The notes: generated from the letters alone by a model not told the origin. Shown: positions 12,712-26,502, counted from the first letter of the whole stretch. The stretch is 63,652 bases of DNA, filler included, from Octopus bimaculoides (GCF_001194135.2; 6 parts of 6 records of this genome joined end to end with filler, not necessarily neighbours in it), one strand, 5' to 3'. Made by a program: numbers and translations.

Positions 12712-14906
12712 GCTAGTGTATTATTATTTAGTTAGCAGGTATTTTATCTTGGGTTTGGTTATAAATCTCCTCAAAATGTCTTACTTATGAGAGAGTACTT
12801 TTCTGCAAGTCGACAACACGATTTTCAATTCTACTCTCTTTCATTCTTTTAGGTAGCATTTTGGATGTCATGCTAAATGCACCAATTACAACGGGAATAA
12901 TTGTTCTCTTAGTCCTCCACAATCCCCTCGGCTCTATGGCTAGATCCTGATATTGCTCGATGTTTTTCAATTCCTGTGCTATCGATTCTGCTATCATTGG
13001 GAATTGCAAAATCTATGATCTTACACTGTTTGTTTATTTCCTTCTGTATAATCATATATGGCCTTCTTGCTTCAGTGGAGTTTTGTCGATCTTTGCCGTT
13101 ATCAGATTTGTTCTAATGGCTTGCTACTGAGCAGCTATAATCAGCATTTCGGTTTCTCGTCTCAATTTCCCGTCCGTTGATCAGAGCCAGAGTTCTTTGC
13201 TTCCATCATTCTCGATTTGTTGCATGAAATTGTCCAATGTAGTTCCATTTCTATCTATTTGTTTGTTCTATTGTTCTTCTTTTCATCTTTGAATTCTACT
13301 AATGTTTCGTTCACATTTTGGATATCTCTAGCTGCCGATAGTATTCCTTCTTTACTCTACTCATCATAATTTTTCAAATCCAGTATCGCCGTATTAACAG
13401 TGTCTACTGCGTTTACAAACCTTCTACCACCTTCTTTTCTTGGTAGAAAGAGTCGGTCGGTATCACTCTTAGGACAACGGGCGTTGTGCAATGTAAGCAG
13501 CTTTCTACTAATTCATCTATCCAAGTTCTATAGCTTGACCATTGTCCATTTCAGAAAGAAAGCAGAGTATCTCTATACAGGCATAACCCATGTATTTATG
13601 GCTTTAACGATGTTCCCTCCATTTAATTTTGTTTCGAGCACCTTCCTAATTCTTTTCTTATGCTCCTCATTTGTCCTTCCATTTTCCTATCATCATGCAG
13701 CACTCCTATGTATTTATATGACTCATTTCACAGCGATCTAAGGACATTGTCTTGTGGTAATTTTATGCCATCAGAGTTTACCTTCCGATCTCTCCTCATA
13801 ATTAGCACTTTGCACTTATTAACTCCAAACTGCATTCCAGTATCTTTACTGAATACTCTCAGTTTTGAGATCAAAGAATTCGGGTCTGTCTCATTTTTTT
13901 TATATACTAGCTGAGGTACCCGGTAATACCCGAGAGCAAGCGTATTCCCAGTACCCATTACAATGTCTAATTTCTCTCAGACGAAAAATGAAATCAAGAC
14001 ATAGGACAGATAATAGAAGACGTAAGCAAATTCATTCACGAAACAACAATACAAATAACTACGTGTGAAATCTGAAAAATGATAATCGTTTGGTCAGATG
14101 AGTGGAAAGCTGAAAATATATAATCAATGGAAACATCAAGAAGGGAATTGTAAAGGAGTGCTGTGAAAAAAAGAACATAAAAGTTTGAAAAGTAAACAAA
14201 AAATTATATACAGAAAAGAGATTTTGCACTTACAAAAACGGCTGGAGTGCAGAGGCGACAATGTGGGGGTCATAAGAGTTGTAAGATGCTATGAGGAGGG
14301 GAAAAAGCATTAAAAGATGACGATTTTCCTCATTTTTAGGCAAATTCTCTTGAACCCGAGAGAAAGTTTTAAGTGCACATGTACTTAATTTGACGACTGT
14401 GTTTCATGGGTATAGTTCCACTAATCGTGAGAATCAACTATCGACTGCAACAGTTAGACAATTTTAAGTGCAGTTGTTAAGAAAATACATGTTACAGCAA
14501 CCTGAGAATGCTTGAAATAATTGATGAACATTTTAACCCCACAACAATTTAGGCCAAATTTCGTTAATCAGTTAATCAAAAATCATTTTATGCTTTGCTT
14601 GAATGGCCTACGTAAAAATTTATTTATCTCAACCCATCCTTAGCACATATTCCCTCTGTGTATAAAATTTCAAGAAAATCGGTTGGAAATTTTAAAAGTT
14701 ATGGAAGAAAATAACATTCATATGAGAATTTGCACTGAAATGTCCTATTGATTTTTGAAAAATCAATGCTGATTAAAAACTATCGATTTTTTTAAAATTC
14801 CAAGTCCATAAGTGACCGCATGGGTATAAGCCCCACACACGTGTCAAGTTTCATGAAGCTGGATAGTCTCGGAGGAGTTAAAGTAACAAATTCACAAACA
14901 CACAGA

Positions 14907-14991
<85 letters not shown>

Positions 14992-15792
14992 ACACAGCCA
15001 AAAGCAGACAGAAATTGCCATTTATGTATATAGATAGCCTGAGCTCATCCATATAAAATAAGTGATTTATCCTCATTTTGGTTTTGGTAAACTCAGGGGC
15101 AGGACTAGATTTTCTCAGTATGCTTGTCAGAGGGTTCAACGCATTGACAAAGAACAACGGACATATTTTCGAGTAAACTAGCGATTCATTTGCACATATC
15201 AGTTCTACGTCTCACACTCGCATTGATTTTTCCAAAACCTTATTTATCTTCTCACTGATTCGGATCGTCATCAGGCACTCCAAAGACCAAGTGTGTGGCC
15301 CATTATCGTAAGCCTTCCTGTAATCTATCCATCCAACAGCTAAATTCTTCTTCCTTACTCGTGCTTCATTTAATATTCTACAATCTATATATATCCAATC
15401 AGCAGTTTCCCTTGATTTTCTCCTGCCTCACTTCTACTCTTCTGACAATAGATTCTCCTTTTCCACAAAATTATATACTTCATCTGGTATGAGACTAGTA
15501 AAGAGTTTCCAAAGTAATGGTAAATAAGTAAAAGGTTAATAATTTCTAACTTATTCTCTCCTTTTCTTGTCCCTCTGCATAAAGAACTTCTCTTTCTTTT
15601 GTCTTCCATATTGGTGTCCCATTTTCTATACAGTCAGTAAAAAGCGCGTGTATATAACTGTGTATACTTGGGAGGGTTTTGAGCCAGAAACCTTGGATAC
15701 CATCTAGTCCGGAGGCTCTCCAGCTTAGTATTTTCATCTCTTTAATTTTCTTACCTGTGGTTGCAATATTTTTTTCTTGCCACTCCATCTTA
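12712..15792 (-). mobile_element. R4/Dong-like retrotransposon (RT to RLE), split by an insertion, 3' end at a (TAA)n array
   Basis: ASGLDGIQGFWLK; NALNPL; INHLFYMDEL|KNE..GMQFGVNKC; DRLFLPRKEGGR; LIIAAQ; IEQYQDLAIE..IIPVVIGA; LQKSTL. Confidence 0.9.
13902..15033 (+). mobile_element. Non-autonomous Helitron/Helentron-like element inserted in the RT gene
   Basis: Begins tactagctgaggtacccgg; AAATTTCA..AAATCGG-type motifs; subterminal (CA)n; T-rich site with no clear TSD; flanks rejoin as YMDELRL-KNE. Confidence 0.55.
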
Positions 15793-15894
15793 CATTACTC
15801 TTTTAAAAATGCCGAAACCAGTCTGGTTTTATATAATGTTAGACTTATTGTTATTGTTGCTGTTATTATTGTTGTTGTTGCTGTTGTTATTTTT

Positions 15895-16325
15895 ATTATA
15901 TGTTTGGCTTTTGCTTTGTGTTTGTACAAGTTGACTCCAAGTTTCACCAAGATCTCAAGAGACAACAAGTTAGAAGTTCAAGCTGGTGTTGTGACTAGGG
16001 TGCCATATATTGGGTTTTGCACAGAGTATTGTTCTGTCAAAACATAAGTAAATTAAGTTTGTTTTAAAAGTAATGTGATTATAAGATCATAATGTGATTA
16101 AGTAAAAGGTGTTTTCTATTATGTACATTTAAAAGTATTTTAACAACGTTTACAGATTAAAGTGTTTGGGGGATTACATAGGCAATATTTTACATAGGAT
16201 ATGAGCAGTTCCCACGAGCACTATTTTTTGAATTTCTACCATTTTGGGATTTCTTGGTACCTGAGATAGGTAGCAATCAGCCCCTTTTGCTATCATTCCT
16301 AGGGTACCTATGACAACAGGCATCG

Positions 16326-16326
<1 letters not shown>
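15895..16326 (-). mobile_element. 5'-truncated R4/Dong-like 3' end, subfamily b
   Basis: PVVIGTLGMI..IQKIVLVGTAHIL plus 3' UTR; bounded by (TAA)n-type arrays. Confidence 0.85.
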
Positions 16327-16382
<56 letters not shown>

Positions 16383-16387
16383 TTAAA

Positions 16388-16552
16388 CTTATTTTTATCA
16401 CGTGCTTTCATTGCACTACCAAGCGCAGCTCTATGTGCCTTGGGTATGTTCTATGATTTGTTGCGGTGCTCTTATTTTCACTGTATCGAAAGCGATTTAC
16501 GTAGGATGTGCACGGTGCCTAGAAGTGTTATTTTCTGTATGTTATATGCATT
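16388..16552 (-). mobile_element. R4/Dong-like 3' end, subfamily c
   Basis: IQKITLLGTVHILRKSL plus UTR; paralogous to 17670-17830. Confidence 0.8.
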
Positions 16553-16560
16553 TATAAGAC

Positions 16561-16620
<60 letters not shown>

Positions 16621-16741
16621 CATTATTATTATTATTATTATTATTCAACATTTGATTAGTTTCGGGCAGATTTCTATTGCATCACCTGCTACACCCCCAT
16701 GTTGCTGGGGCATGTGCAACATTGTGTTTATTATTATTGTC

Positions 16742-16817
<76 letters not shown>

Positions 16818-16818
<1 letters not shown>

Positions 16819-17481
16819 GTTGTTGTTTTTTCTTCTTTCTTCAAATTTTCCTCCATTTCTCGCCGAGTGTTTTCCGTACACCTAGGGCAGAGAAGCTCAT
16901 TGTATGCATTCCCAGTTTACACACGCAAATTTACAGGTAAAATATGTATCTTAAAAAAATCAATAAATAAATGAATGGATGTTGTTTTCACAGCGATAAT
17001 GTTCTTCGCAGTACATGAGTCGTTCCACGATTTTTTGCACTTCTTGTAGGGATAGTAAGCCTGGTATCATTTTCAAATAGGTTTCAGTACTTTTCTTTTA
17101 TCATTCCTAGAGATCCTACAATCACTGGTACGGTAGTCGCCTTGAGATGTCACATTTTTTCAATTTCTATTAGCAAGTCTTTATATTTACTGATCTTGTC
17201 AAATTCTTTCGCCGCTATTTTATGATCGCAAGGAATACTCAAGTCAATTAATAAACACAACTTCTTTGTCTGATCTTTTATAATAATATCCGGTTTATTA
17301 GCTTTTATAGTTTTGTCGGTATGTACAGGGAAGTCCCAGAGAATCGATACATTTTCTCCCTCAGTCACAGCTTCAGGATGGTGTTTATACCATTTGTCAA
17401 CGGTTTTGATTTTATAATGCCGACATATTGTCCAGTGTAAATACTGACCGAATCTGTCATGTCTTGCTTTATATTCTACAG
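16818..17481 (-). mobile_element. R4/Dong-like RLE endonuclease region, subfamily d
   Basis: YKARHDRFG..LHW..ILWDF..ANKPDIII..LIDLSIP..KISKYKDL (RHD and PD-(D/E)xK RLE motifs). Confidence 0.9.
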
Positions 17482-17586
17482 NNNNNNNNNNNNNNNNNNN
17501 NNNNNNNNNNNNNNNNNNNNNNNNNNNNNNNNNNNNNNNNNNNNNNNNNNNNNNNNNNNNNNNNNNNNNNNNNNNNNNNNNNNNNN

Positions 17587-17669
<83 letters not shown>

Positions 17670-17671
<2 letters not shown>

Positions 17672-18165
17672 TAGTTTTATTTTTATCACGTGCTTTCACT
17701 GCACTACCGAGCACAGCTGTCTGTGCTTTGGGTATGTGCTGTGGTTTATTGTGATGCTCTTATTTTTACTGTATTGAAAGTGTTTTATGTAGGATGTCTG
17801 CGGCACCTAGTAGTGCTATTTTCTGTATATTATATATCCTTGTTAGTCCTGGTATTTTTGCTATGTGTTTGTCTGAATATTTTTTTTATCGTACTTAATG
17901 CGTCTACTATGATAAGAATTGTCTCTGTTTTTAGACTCTACTTTCGTGTTACCTCTATTTCCAGATCTTTGTATTTTGAAAGTTTCTCCGTTTCTTTTAG
18001 AGAAATATTGTCATCTGTTGGTATTGATACATCGATTAGAAAGCATTTTTGATACTTCAATTAGAAAGTATTTTTGATGCATCGATTATAGAGCATTTCT
18101 GATATATCGATTATAAAGCATTTTGATACATCGATTAGAAAGCATTTTGATACATCGATTAGAAA
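17670..18165 (-). mobile_element. R4/Dong-like 3' fragment, subfamily c second copy
   Basis: CFLIDVSIPTDDN..EKLSKYKDLEIE..IQKIALLG; UTR matches 16388-16480. Confidence 0.85.
18026..18163. repeat. Tandem repeat of a 24-25-nt unit (gatacatcgattagaaagcatttt), about 6 copies
   Basis: Directly visible; the unit is retroelement sequence (KCFLIDVS). Confidence 0.9.
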
Positions 18166-18172
18166 ACATACA

Positions 18173-18214
<42 letters not shown>

Positions 18215-18249
18215 GTTATTATTATTATTACTATTACTATTATTATTAT

Positions 18250-18494
18250 TATTTTATGTTTGACTTTTGTTTTGCATTTGTACAAGTTGGATCCAAGTCT
18301 CACCCAGAGACCTCAAGAGACAACAAGTTAGAAGTTCATGTAGGTGTTATGCCTAGAGTACCATATATTTGGATTTGTACAGTTTTGTTCAAGTGAATGT
18401 TTAAGAAACCATAAGAAAATTATGTGTTTGCTTTAAAATTTGAGATCACATAGACAGTATTTTACGTAGGATATGGGCAGTTCCCATGAGCACT
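18250..18494 (-). mobile_element. R4/Dong-like 3' end, subfamily b second copy
   Basis: Shares tgtacaagttg..caagagacaacaagttagaagttca.. with 15920-16230. Confidence 0.8.
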
Positions 18495-18594
18495 NNNNNN
18501 NNNNNNNNNNNNNNNNNNNNNNNNNNNNNNNNNNNNNNTTAATTAATTAANNNNNNNNNNNNNNNNNNNNNNNNNNNNNNNNNNNNNNNNNNNN

Positions 18595-18638
<44 letters not shown>

Positions 18639-19084
18639 TGTTTGTGCGTGTGCATCTGATCTGTGTTTATGAATGTGTATATGTGTGTAGCTCTGTGAAA
18701 GTTAGCTGAATTATGTTTATGTTTATTAAGAATAATAAAGATAACTTCTTTATAAAGCTATTTATATATTTCCTAGTATATAAGGTATATTTGTGCCATC
18801 CTTTATTAATACGTAAATCAATAATTGAATAATGATGCACTTATCCTGAAAGGACAAAATATTTTCGCCGCAGCGTCTGTGGTTTGTTTTCCCAGGCACT
18901 CAAGAAAATTCAGCTGATCACTTAAGAATAACAGTTACTAATCTGATTAGCTCTCTCAAAACATTATACGCATACACACACTTAGACATACATAGGCACA
19001 CTTTCACACACACACACACACACATACACACATACATTCATACATACGTACATATATCTAGTTATATTTCTCTAAATACATATG

Positions 19085-19161
<77 letters not shown>

Positions 19162-19538
19162 ATCTGTGTATGCGTATGAACATCTAAATATAACCTTGCC
19201 TCTATTTTGTATCTTAACATTAATAGCCTTCCAACATCATTGAAAGTGTTGTAAAGCTAAAAGGATATAAAAACAATTGAAAATCTGTTGCAACGGCGTT
19301 ATTTGGTCATATGTACATTTCAGTGATTGTTTCAGAAAAAAAAATTGTTACCAATCTCTGCCACACAAATTATTCCAATTACTAAGACAGATATTTTAAA
19401 AATTAGCATGCGTCTATAAATTTACGAGTATTACATATGCTACATTACTATAATCGCTTCACCTCAATATACTCAGTGAAAATACGGATAAAATAAGAGG
19501 CGAAATAGTCTTTAATTATTTGTAATTATGTATATATA

Positions 19539-20407
19539 TTAGGTTATCCCATAACTAATGAGGTTTGGATACTTCTTTTATTTTTCAAACTTAAGTTTAA
19601 CAATGTTCTTGTTTGATCTAAAATATACTCCCCTTCATTTTCTACAATAGTCGTTCAACTGTCTGGTATACTTGTACAGCCCCTCTTATAATATTCACTT
19701 GTCTCTAACCTCATCTATAGAATTCCTATTTTTTCCGTTTAAATGATTTTGAAGACAGGGGAATAGGTGATATCGGATGGAGCAATGTCCGGCATATATG
19801 ACAGGTGAGGCATCGTTTACCATTGAAACTGCTCCAGCGTTTAGAATGTTATATTCTCTGTATGTGACAGAGGATTATCTGGTGGAAGAATACCCTTTGT
19901 CTTGAAAGCAAAGATGGTAATTTATCTTCTAGCACTGACTTAAATATCTGGTTGAATGTCCAAATCCAAGCTCCTCGAGGAGATTCTCAATTGTTACCAT
20001 GAAGTTTTATTCCATCAGGGTTTGCAGGATATTCTGGTCGAGCTCTACGTGGCTCGTCTTCTAATTTGTAGTTTCCGGATCCGGATTTCTGGATCCACCG
20101 TCGTACGCTTATTTTCGTATCTTCATATACTACGTTAAAATTCCTCGCATTTTCCGTTGCGCTACTTTCTTTATTGAACTCACCAATAAACATACACCAA
20201 ATAAACTCCTTTGTCTTCTAAATGATAGCTTTGAAAGAATAACTTTTATAAATTGACCTGTACTCCTCCAAACTTGCCCTAAGAATAATGACATGGTTAA
20301 ATTCCTATCTCATTTTATAGGAAGTAGGTGCAGGTAGTTTATCCTGTCCCACTCCGACTTTTAGTTCATGCAGTTGAACAAAGCGTATTATTTATGGGAT
20401 GACCAAA
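19539..20407 (-). mobile_element. Internally deleted mariner (DD34D-type) transposon
   Basis: Imperfect TIRs ttaggttatcccataa / ttatgggatgaccaa with TA flanks; HTH EFNKESSATENARN..RRWIQK..LEDEPRR; YMPDIAPSD (YSPDLAPSD). Confidence 0.85.
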
Positions 20408-21894
20408 TATATATATATATTTATATATATANNNNNNNNNNNNNNNNNNNNNNNNNNNNNNNNNNNNNNNNNNNNNNNNNNNNNNNNNNNNNNNNNNNNN
20501 NNNNNNNNNNNNNNNNNNNNNNNNNNNNNNNNNNNNNNNNNNNNNNNNNNNNNNNNNNNNNNNNNNNNNNNNNNNNNNNNNNNNNNNNNNNNNNNNNNNN
20601 NNNNNNNNNNNNNNNNNNNNNNNNNNNNNNNNNNNNNNNNNNNNNNNNNNNNNNNNNNNNNNNNNNNNNNNNNNNNNNNNNNNNNNNNNNNNNNNNNNNN
20701 NNNNNNNNNNNNNNNNNNNNNNNNNNNNNNNNNNNNNNNNNNNNNNNNNNNNNNNNNNNNNNNNNNNNNNNNNNNNNNNNNNNNNNNNNNNNNNNNNNNN
20801 NNNNNNNNNNNNNNNNNNNNNNNNNNNNNNNNNNNNNNNNNNNNNNNNNNNNNNNNNNNNNNNNNNNNNNNNNNNNNNNNNNNNNNNNNNNNNNNNNNNN
20901 NNNNNNNNNNNNNNNNNNNNNNNNNTATATATATATAATTATATGTACACCCGTTTATAAGTTAAAAGATTGGTTAAACAGTCGGATATTTTCATAAATA
21001 CACGTATGCAATGACCAAAGTATATTGTATTCGATATCGGTTTGATATGTACATATTATATCACTTTTAACCTCTAGATGTATAAAACACAAGAATGACA
21101 TCTACAGTAGCCAAAAATCCATTTCTACCTTCTCATTAAAATTGTATATGCAGGTATTTTATGAAAGCAAAATTTACTTTAATACTTGTCGCATTCGTTA
21201 AGTTTTTAAGCAATTTCACCGTAAGAATATTCTATAGCGTTAAGATCTAAATGCTAATTTGCTTCGAGTATAAATCTTTGCACAAAATATTTTAATGCAA
21301 TAAAAAAATGTAATACAAAGAATCTATACATAAATACAAGCAGCTCTTGAACAAACTCTAATATATAAGAATTACAATTCTCTGTCACATCCGTATTCTG
21401 AAATTATGTTAATGTATAATGTATATATTGTGATTTTATTTTTTCAAATATTGGAAACGAATTCTAGATTTCAACTCATTTAACTACATTACTTGTATTT
21501 CTAATTCTAAATTTCTTGCTTAGTCATATACCATATGAGAACTTACACCAAAGTAAATATATAAGTGTCAGGGAGGATTATATTAGGTTTTCACTTCAAG
21601 AAACTTCTATTTAAACACACTAACACCTAGACACATATACTTACATCCCATACGTTTTATATATATATATATATATNNNNNNNNNNNNNNNNNNNNNNNN
21701 NNNNNNNNNNNNNNNNNNNNNNNNNNNNNNNNNNNNNNNNNNNNNNNNNNNNNNNNNNNNNNNNNNNNNNNNNNNNNNNNNNNNNNNNNNNNNNNNNNNN
21801 NNNNNNNNNNNNNNNNNNNNNNNNNNNNNNNNNNNNNNNNNNNNNNNNNNNNNNNNNNNNNNNNNNNNNNNNNNATATATACATATATATATAC

Positions 21895-21940
<46 letters not shown>

Positions 21941-22638
21941 TCATCATTAATTTGTTAGTCAGTCTCTTGATACGTTATACCTTTATACTGCCTGCTACGT
22001 ATGTGCACATATATTGAGACGTGTTGTAATATATGATGGTTTGAAAATATACACACGTGCGTTCCTTTGCACGCATACACTTGCACAGACATTTATATAC
22101 GTATGAAAACACTGATTCGGGGAATGGAACGAGTGACTCGATGAAATGAAGCCTGGAGGCGAAAACAACAAGCATATTGCTGTTATACATATAAACTCAA
22201 ATTAAAGAACACATTTACGTTTCAGCATGCATTGCCAATATTTCCCTATTCGCAGCATACTCATATTTTCATTCCCCTCAAGATCGGTCTTAATATTGCG
22301 AGTTGCGCGTTTTACTTTGAATAACCATATTACTTTGTTGCACAGAAATATTTTTCAATGCTATTGTTTGAAGACAAAGAGTTGAAATGACAAACATTTT
22401 ACAGATCTTTAAAGTAAGAAAATACTAGAACGAAAAATCAATTATTCAATATAATAACATGTTTGTTTCTGCAGCTTAATCCTATTTCAATTAAGATCGA
22501 TTTTCTGCACAATATGCTTTCGCTCTTTCTCACGAATTTTGATTGTTTCTTGTATTATCAAAAAGTGTTCATTTTACGAATGTAGATTTTGTTTTCAGCT
22601 TGATTTATGTGTCATTTCGAGATGATTTCCTGCGACAG

Positions 22639-23160
22639 GCTTTCCCAGAATCATGAACACATCTGACACTATTATTGTGGATCGGTTATGTAGATTTCCT
22701 GGTTTTAAGGTGCGTCCATATTCCTGCTATAAGGAATTATCAGACTCATGAAAAACATAAATAGAGACATAGTTTGCTACTATATATTGCCATTTTGTTC
22801 CAAAATTATAATAATCAGAGAATTATTGAATCTGTAAACTGTACAGCCGATGTTGGTGACAATATCAGTGAACTCCTTTCTGTCCTGAAATTACATCCTG
22901 GTTGCATCATTCGTTTTTGTTTTTTTCCAAACCACAGGTTTTGATAAGATAACTGCATATCAAGTACGATAGTGTATTAAATTATACAATGCAAAACTAA
23001 CATAATATCCTTCTCGATGGTATGTAAATATTCATTAATATAGTTGTAACAATTTCAAGTTTTGAAGACCTAAATAGTGGTAGTAGAAGCGGTTGCAATT
23101 GCTTCTACATCGCATTACTTATTCACCAGTTGCAACATTATTGCAATGCGCATAGTAAAT
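22639..23160 (+). pseudogene. Cluster of decayed exons (FPRIMNTSDTIIVDRLCRFPGFK; RIIESVNCTADVGDNISELL..; HNILLDG; VTISSFEDLN..)
   Basis: cag|..aag|gtgcgt exon 22639-22709 is phase-matched to an open frame from 22819; sequons NTS, NCT, NIS, NYT; in-frame TAA stops further on. Confidence 0.4.
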
Positions 23161-23554
23161 ATTGAAATATAAATTTGTTAGTCATAATTCAATAATGGAA
23201 TTGGTCGCAATAATGCCAATTAGTTTTTTCGGTGTGGTAGAGGGATTTCGTCATTAGCTGGAGGTGTTAATATCATCAATATTCGCGCCATAGCAATTAA
23301 ACATTATATTTCCAGATGAACAGAATCCAAAGTAAACTCATCTTTAAGATCAAGCTGTAAATTCGACAGGGGACTAACAGAATATTTCAGCACTTTCAAA
23401 GCAGCTATAGACTAAAATTCGCATTTCTCTTTTCTTCTTACCATAAGAAGATGCAATGTTTTAATACACGAGTTCTGAAAATAATCTCTCTTCGTACAAG
23501 ATCTCTTTCCGTCGCTCACTTTCGCACTACTCCCTCGCTTTCTTTCTCCGTCTT

Positions 23555-23593
<39 letters not shown>

Positions 23594-25664
23594 GAGAATA
23601 TACAAATAATAACAAGAGACGAGGACATGTGGTGTAAATAACAAAAGTATATATTAGTATGACGCTCGGGAATACGGAAAGTTTTTGACGTTTCGAGCTA
23701 CGCTCTTCAACAGAAAGAATACGGAAACAAGGAGAAAAACACGGAGAAAAAAAATTGATATATATATATATATATATATATATGATAATGATGAGGAAGA
23801 AACTTATCCAAATCTCTCTTTAATCCTAATGTATTACTCGGCCGCTCTCTTCAAGTAAAAACAAATAGTTAACATTACTAAACCCGCAAGAATAAAAGGA
23901 AATAATATATGAAAACACAAAATCGAATTAAAGTAGTATTATCTACAGAAAATGTTCCACAAATTCAATTGACTAAACCAACACCACTATATATATTGTA
24001 TAAATGTATGTACGTATATGCGTATGCATGTCTTTTCTAGGTTTTAATTATTATAAGAGAATGCATAAATACATACATACAATATATGCATGGAAACAAG
24101 TATGCAATTCTATGTATATGTTCATCAATATTTAAGTATAAACATATGTTTGTATGTGAATAGAACGATTGAATATTATTAATACCAATAGCGTCTCAAC
24201 TAATATACTGTATTTCAGCATAAAGCTGAATGTATCTTCACTTCAGTATCACTATAACAACTTTAAAACTGAACGTTAATTAAAACTTTTGATGAAAGGA
24301 TTCATAAGATACTTTATTGCTTCACAATAACTTGTAACTACGGATTTTATACATTATTTGTCCAGTGACACACACACATATCATATCTAATTCTTAAGTG
24401 CATGCAAGTTAAAGCAATATCCGTAGAATTATTTTATGCAACTTATCGACATATTATCGAGGTATTCAAAATCCGAAATATCCATGTATTTCCATTGTTC
24501 TCACATTTACATTTACTGCTAGTCTGCTATCATTTAAATATTTCACTTGCATTGTGCAAATGTTACGTATATAAAAAGGAAAATTAAATAAAGCTATTTA
24601 CATTTTTAAATTACATTCTAACAGTAAATCTCAAAGCAGACACCTATTTCTTAAAACTAGATAAACTTGCAAATAATATTAAATATTCAATGCATGTTGG
24701 AAACTCTTCTTTACAAAATGTCTATCTTTCACTAAAATGTTACACAGAAAGTAGTCAGCAAGATTTTTGGTAATTAAATTTTCTTTATACCGAATACTTG
24801 AGAGTAGAAGTTAAAATAAATATGGCACACCATATAATTGAATGAGTTAATGACAATGCTAATCTATTTGAAAAAGCATACGAATACGAGCAAAATTTCA
24901 CAATTAACTGTCGCATTGTGTAACGAGGAAACAATGTTCAATTCACATTGTGACAATAATGTGAAACGATAACACACAGATATCTATCTATCATCTATCT
25001 ATCTATATATCTATCTATCTATCTAAGTATACATATATCTACCTCCCTACCTACCTACCTACCTACCTACCTACCCACCTATCTACCTACCTACCTACCT
25101 ACCTAGCTACCTTCATATCTATCTCTACCTATCTCTCTGTATCTCTCTCTCTATATNNNNNNNNNNNNNNNNNNATATATATACTTTATTTAAAAGCACC
25201 AGAAATATAACAAAAAAACCGTTACTCACACAGGTGATAATGGGTCTCGTCACTGAACAGCGCACGAGCTGCACGGGAGAAATTTCTAATTTCCAAGACC
25301 TAGGCTCTGCGAATTTGAAACAGGGGAAAAAAAAAAGAATGTGTAGTGGCTACTCTGTGACCACATATAATATAAATGTTTCCAAAACATCTGCAAAATA
25401 CTATATATCTAGGTCGTTTCTGTGTTTTCGCATGATAATCATATATAGTATATAAGTTTTCAATTTTGTATCATTCTATGAGTGATTTGTGATCGAACAG
25501 GAGTAGCCTGATTTATGCCGATAGGCAAATCAGTGGTGCAAAATAATTTGTTAGGCTTTCTTCCATTTGATTCTTGTATTTAACCTAAAAATATAAAGTA
25601 AATTTAAAGAAATATTTTGTTTGCTGTATACAAATATACTTTGACACTTTTATATACAAATTTA

Positions 25665-25878
25665 AGGCGGTGAGCTAGCAGAATCTATATCACGCCGGGC
25701 AAAATACTTAGCGGCAGATCGTCTGTCTTTATGTTATGATTTCAATTTCTGTTGTGGTCGACTTAGCCTTTGTACCCATTCGCGGTCGATTGAATAAGTA
25801 CCTGTTAAGCGTCGGGTCGATGTAATCGATTTATCCCATCTCCTATGTTGCTGTTGTTGTGCCAAAATTTGAAGCCAT
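25665..25878 (+). mobile_element. SINE family B
   Basis: aaggcggtgagctagcagaatc..ggtcgatgtaatcga..gtgccaaaatttgaagc. Confidence 0.85.
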
Positions 25879-25993
25879 TATATACAATGTTGAATTAGTG
25901 TAAAGTATCTTTTGAACTGTGGTTATAGACTTATGATAGCGAATGAATATCATGATAACTAGGATGTGTAGTTTTGGACTTTATATACTTCAG

Positions 25994-26502
25994 TATTGCT
26001 ACGTTTACAACAACAGCTGATGTGGTTGGTGATGTGAATTGTAAGTTTATGGACCCACATTTATGTTAGAGCGAAATGCCAATTTAGATATAGCACGGAG
26101 CTAATTATTGCCAACGAGAGAATATTTGAATGTTCAATGTTCATGTTGCAGCAGATAATTATAGTTGGTGGTACATTTGTAGATATATTGGAAGCTGTTA
26201 TTATCAGCGTCATGGCAATGGTCTTCAGACCATTGTATTTCGGACTATCCTATTGGTATTCTCATTGAAACGGATCGTCTCTGCTCACTTCTGAAAATTC
26301 AAAGATTTCAAACATCAAAAAGGAACCTATATTTAGACTAAATAACATAACTGAAAGGGTTGTTGCTTTTCAGATACTTCGGATTTAATAACATTGTCAG
26401 AAGTAGGAGACATTCTTATTACGATTCGCTATATATTTCTCTGAAACATTGCCTTTGTTCTCCTTACCAGCGGGAAATGGAAAGTCTGCAGGTGTCATAA
26501 TG
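25994..26502 (+). pseudogene. Decayed exons (IATFTTTADVVGDVN; SVMA/WSSDH/LYFGLS..*NGSS..KEPIFRLNNIT)
   Basis: Clean 47-nt exon 25994-26040 (cttcag / gtaagt); next segment from 26152 has frameshifts and a TGA; further strong acceptor ending 26470. Confidence 0.5.

Noticed and set aside
18026-18163. CRISPR-like appearance of 24-25-nt repeats
   Set aside because: No unique spacers, eukaryotic context, and the unit derives from the adjacent retroelement.
18539-18550. TTAATTAATTAA islands inside N runs (also 39031, 55885, 59972, 62294)
   Set aside because: Identical 12-mer with stops in all six frames, centred in N padding: an artificial scaffolding linker, not biology.
26290-26345. KEPIFRL resembling CatSper-beta KFPIFRF, and SKLY.H at 38.2 kb resembling beta SKLYPH
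   Set aside because: Isolated matches not collinear with other beta motifs; epsilon and gamma fit the order better.
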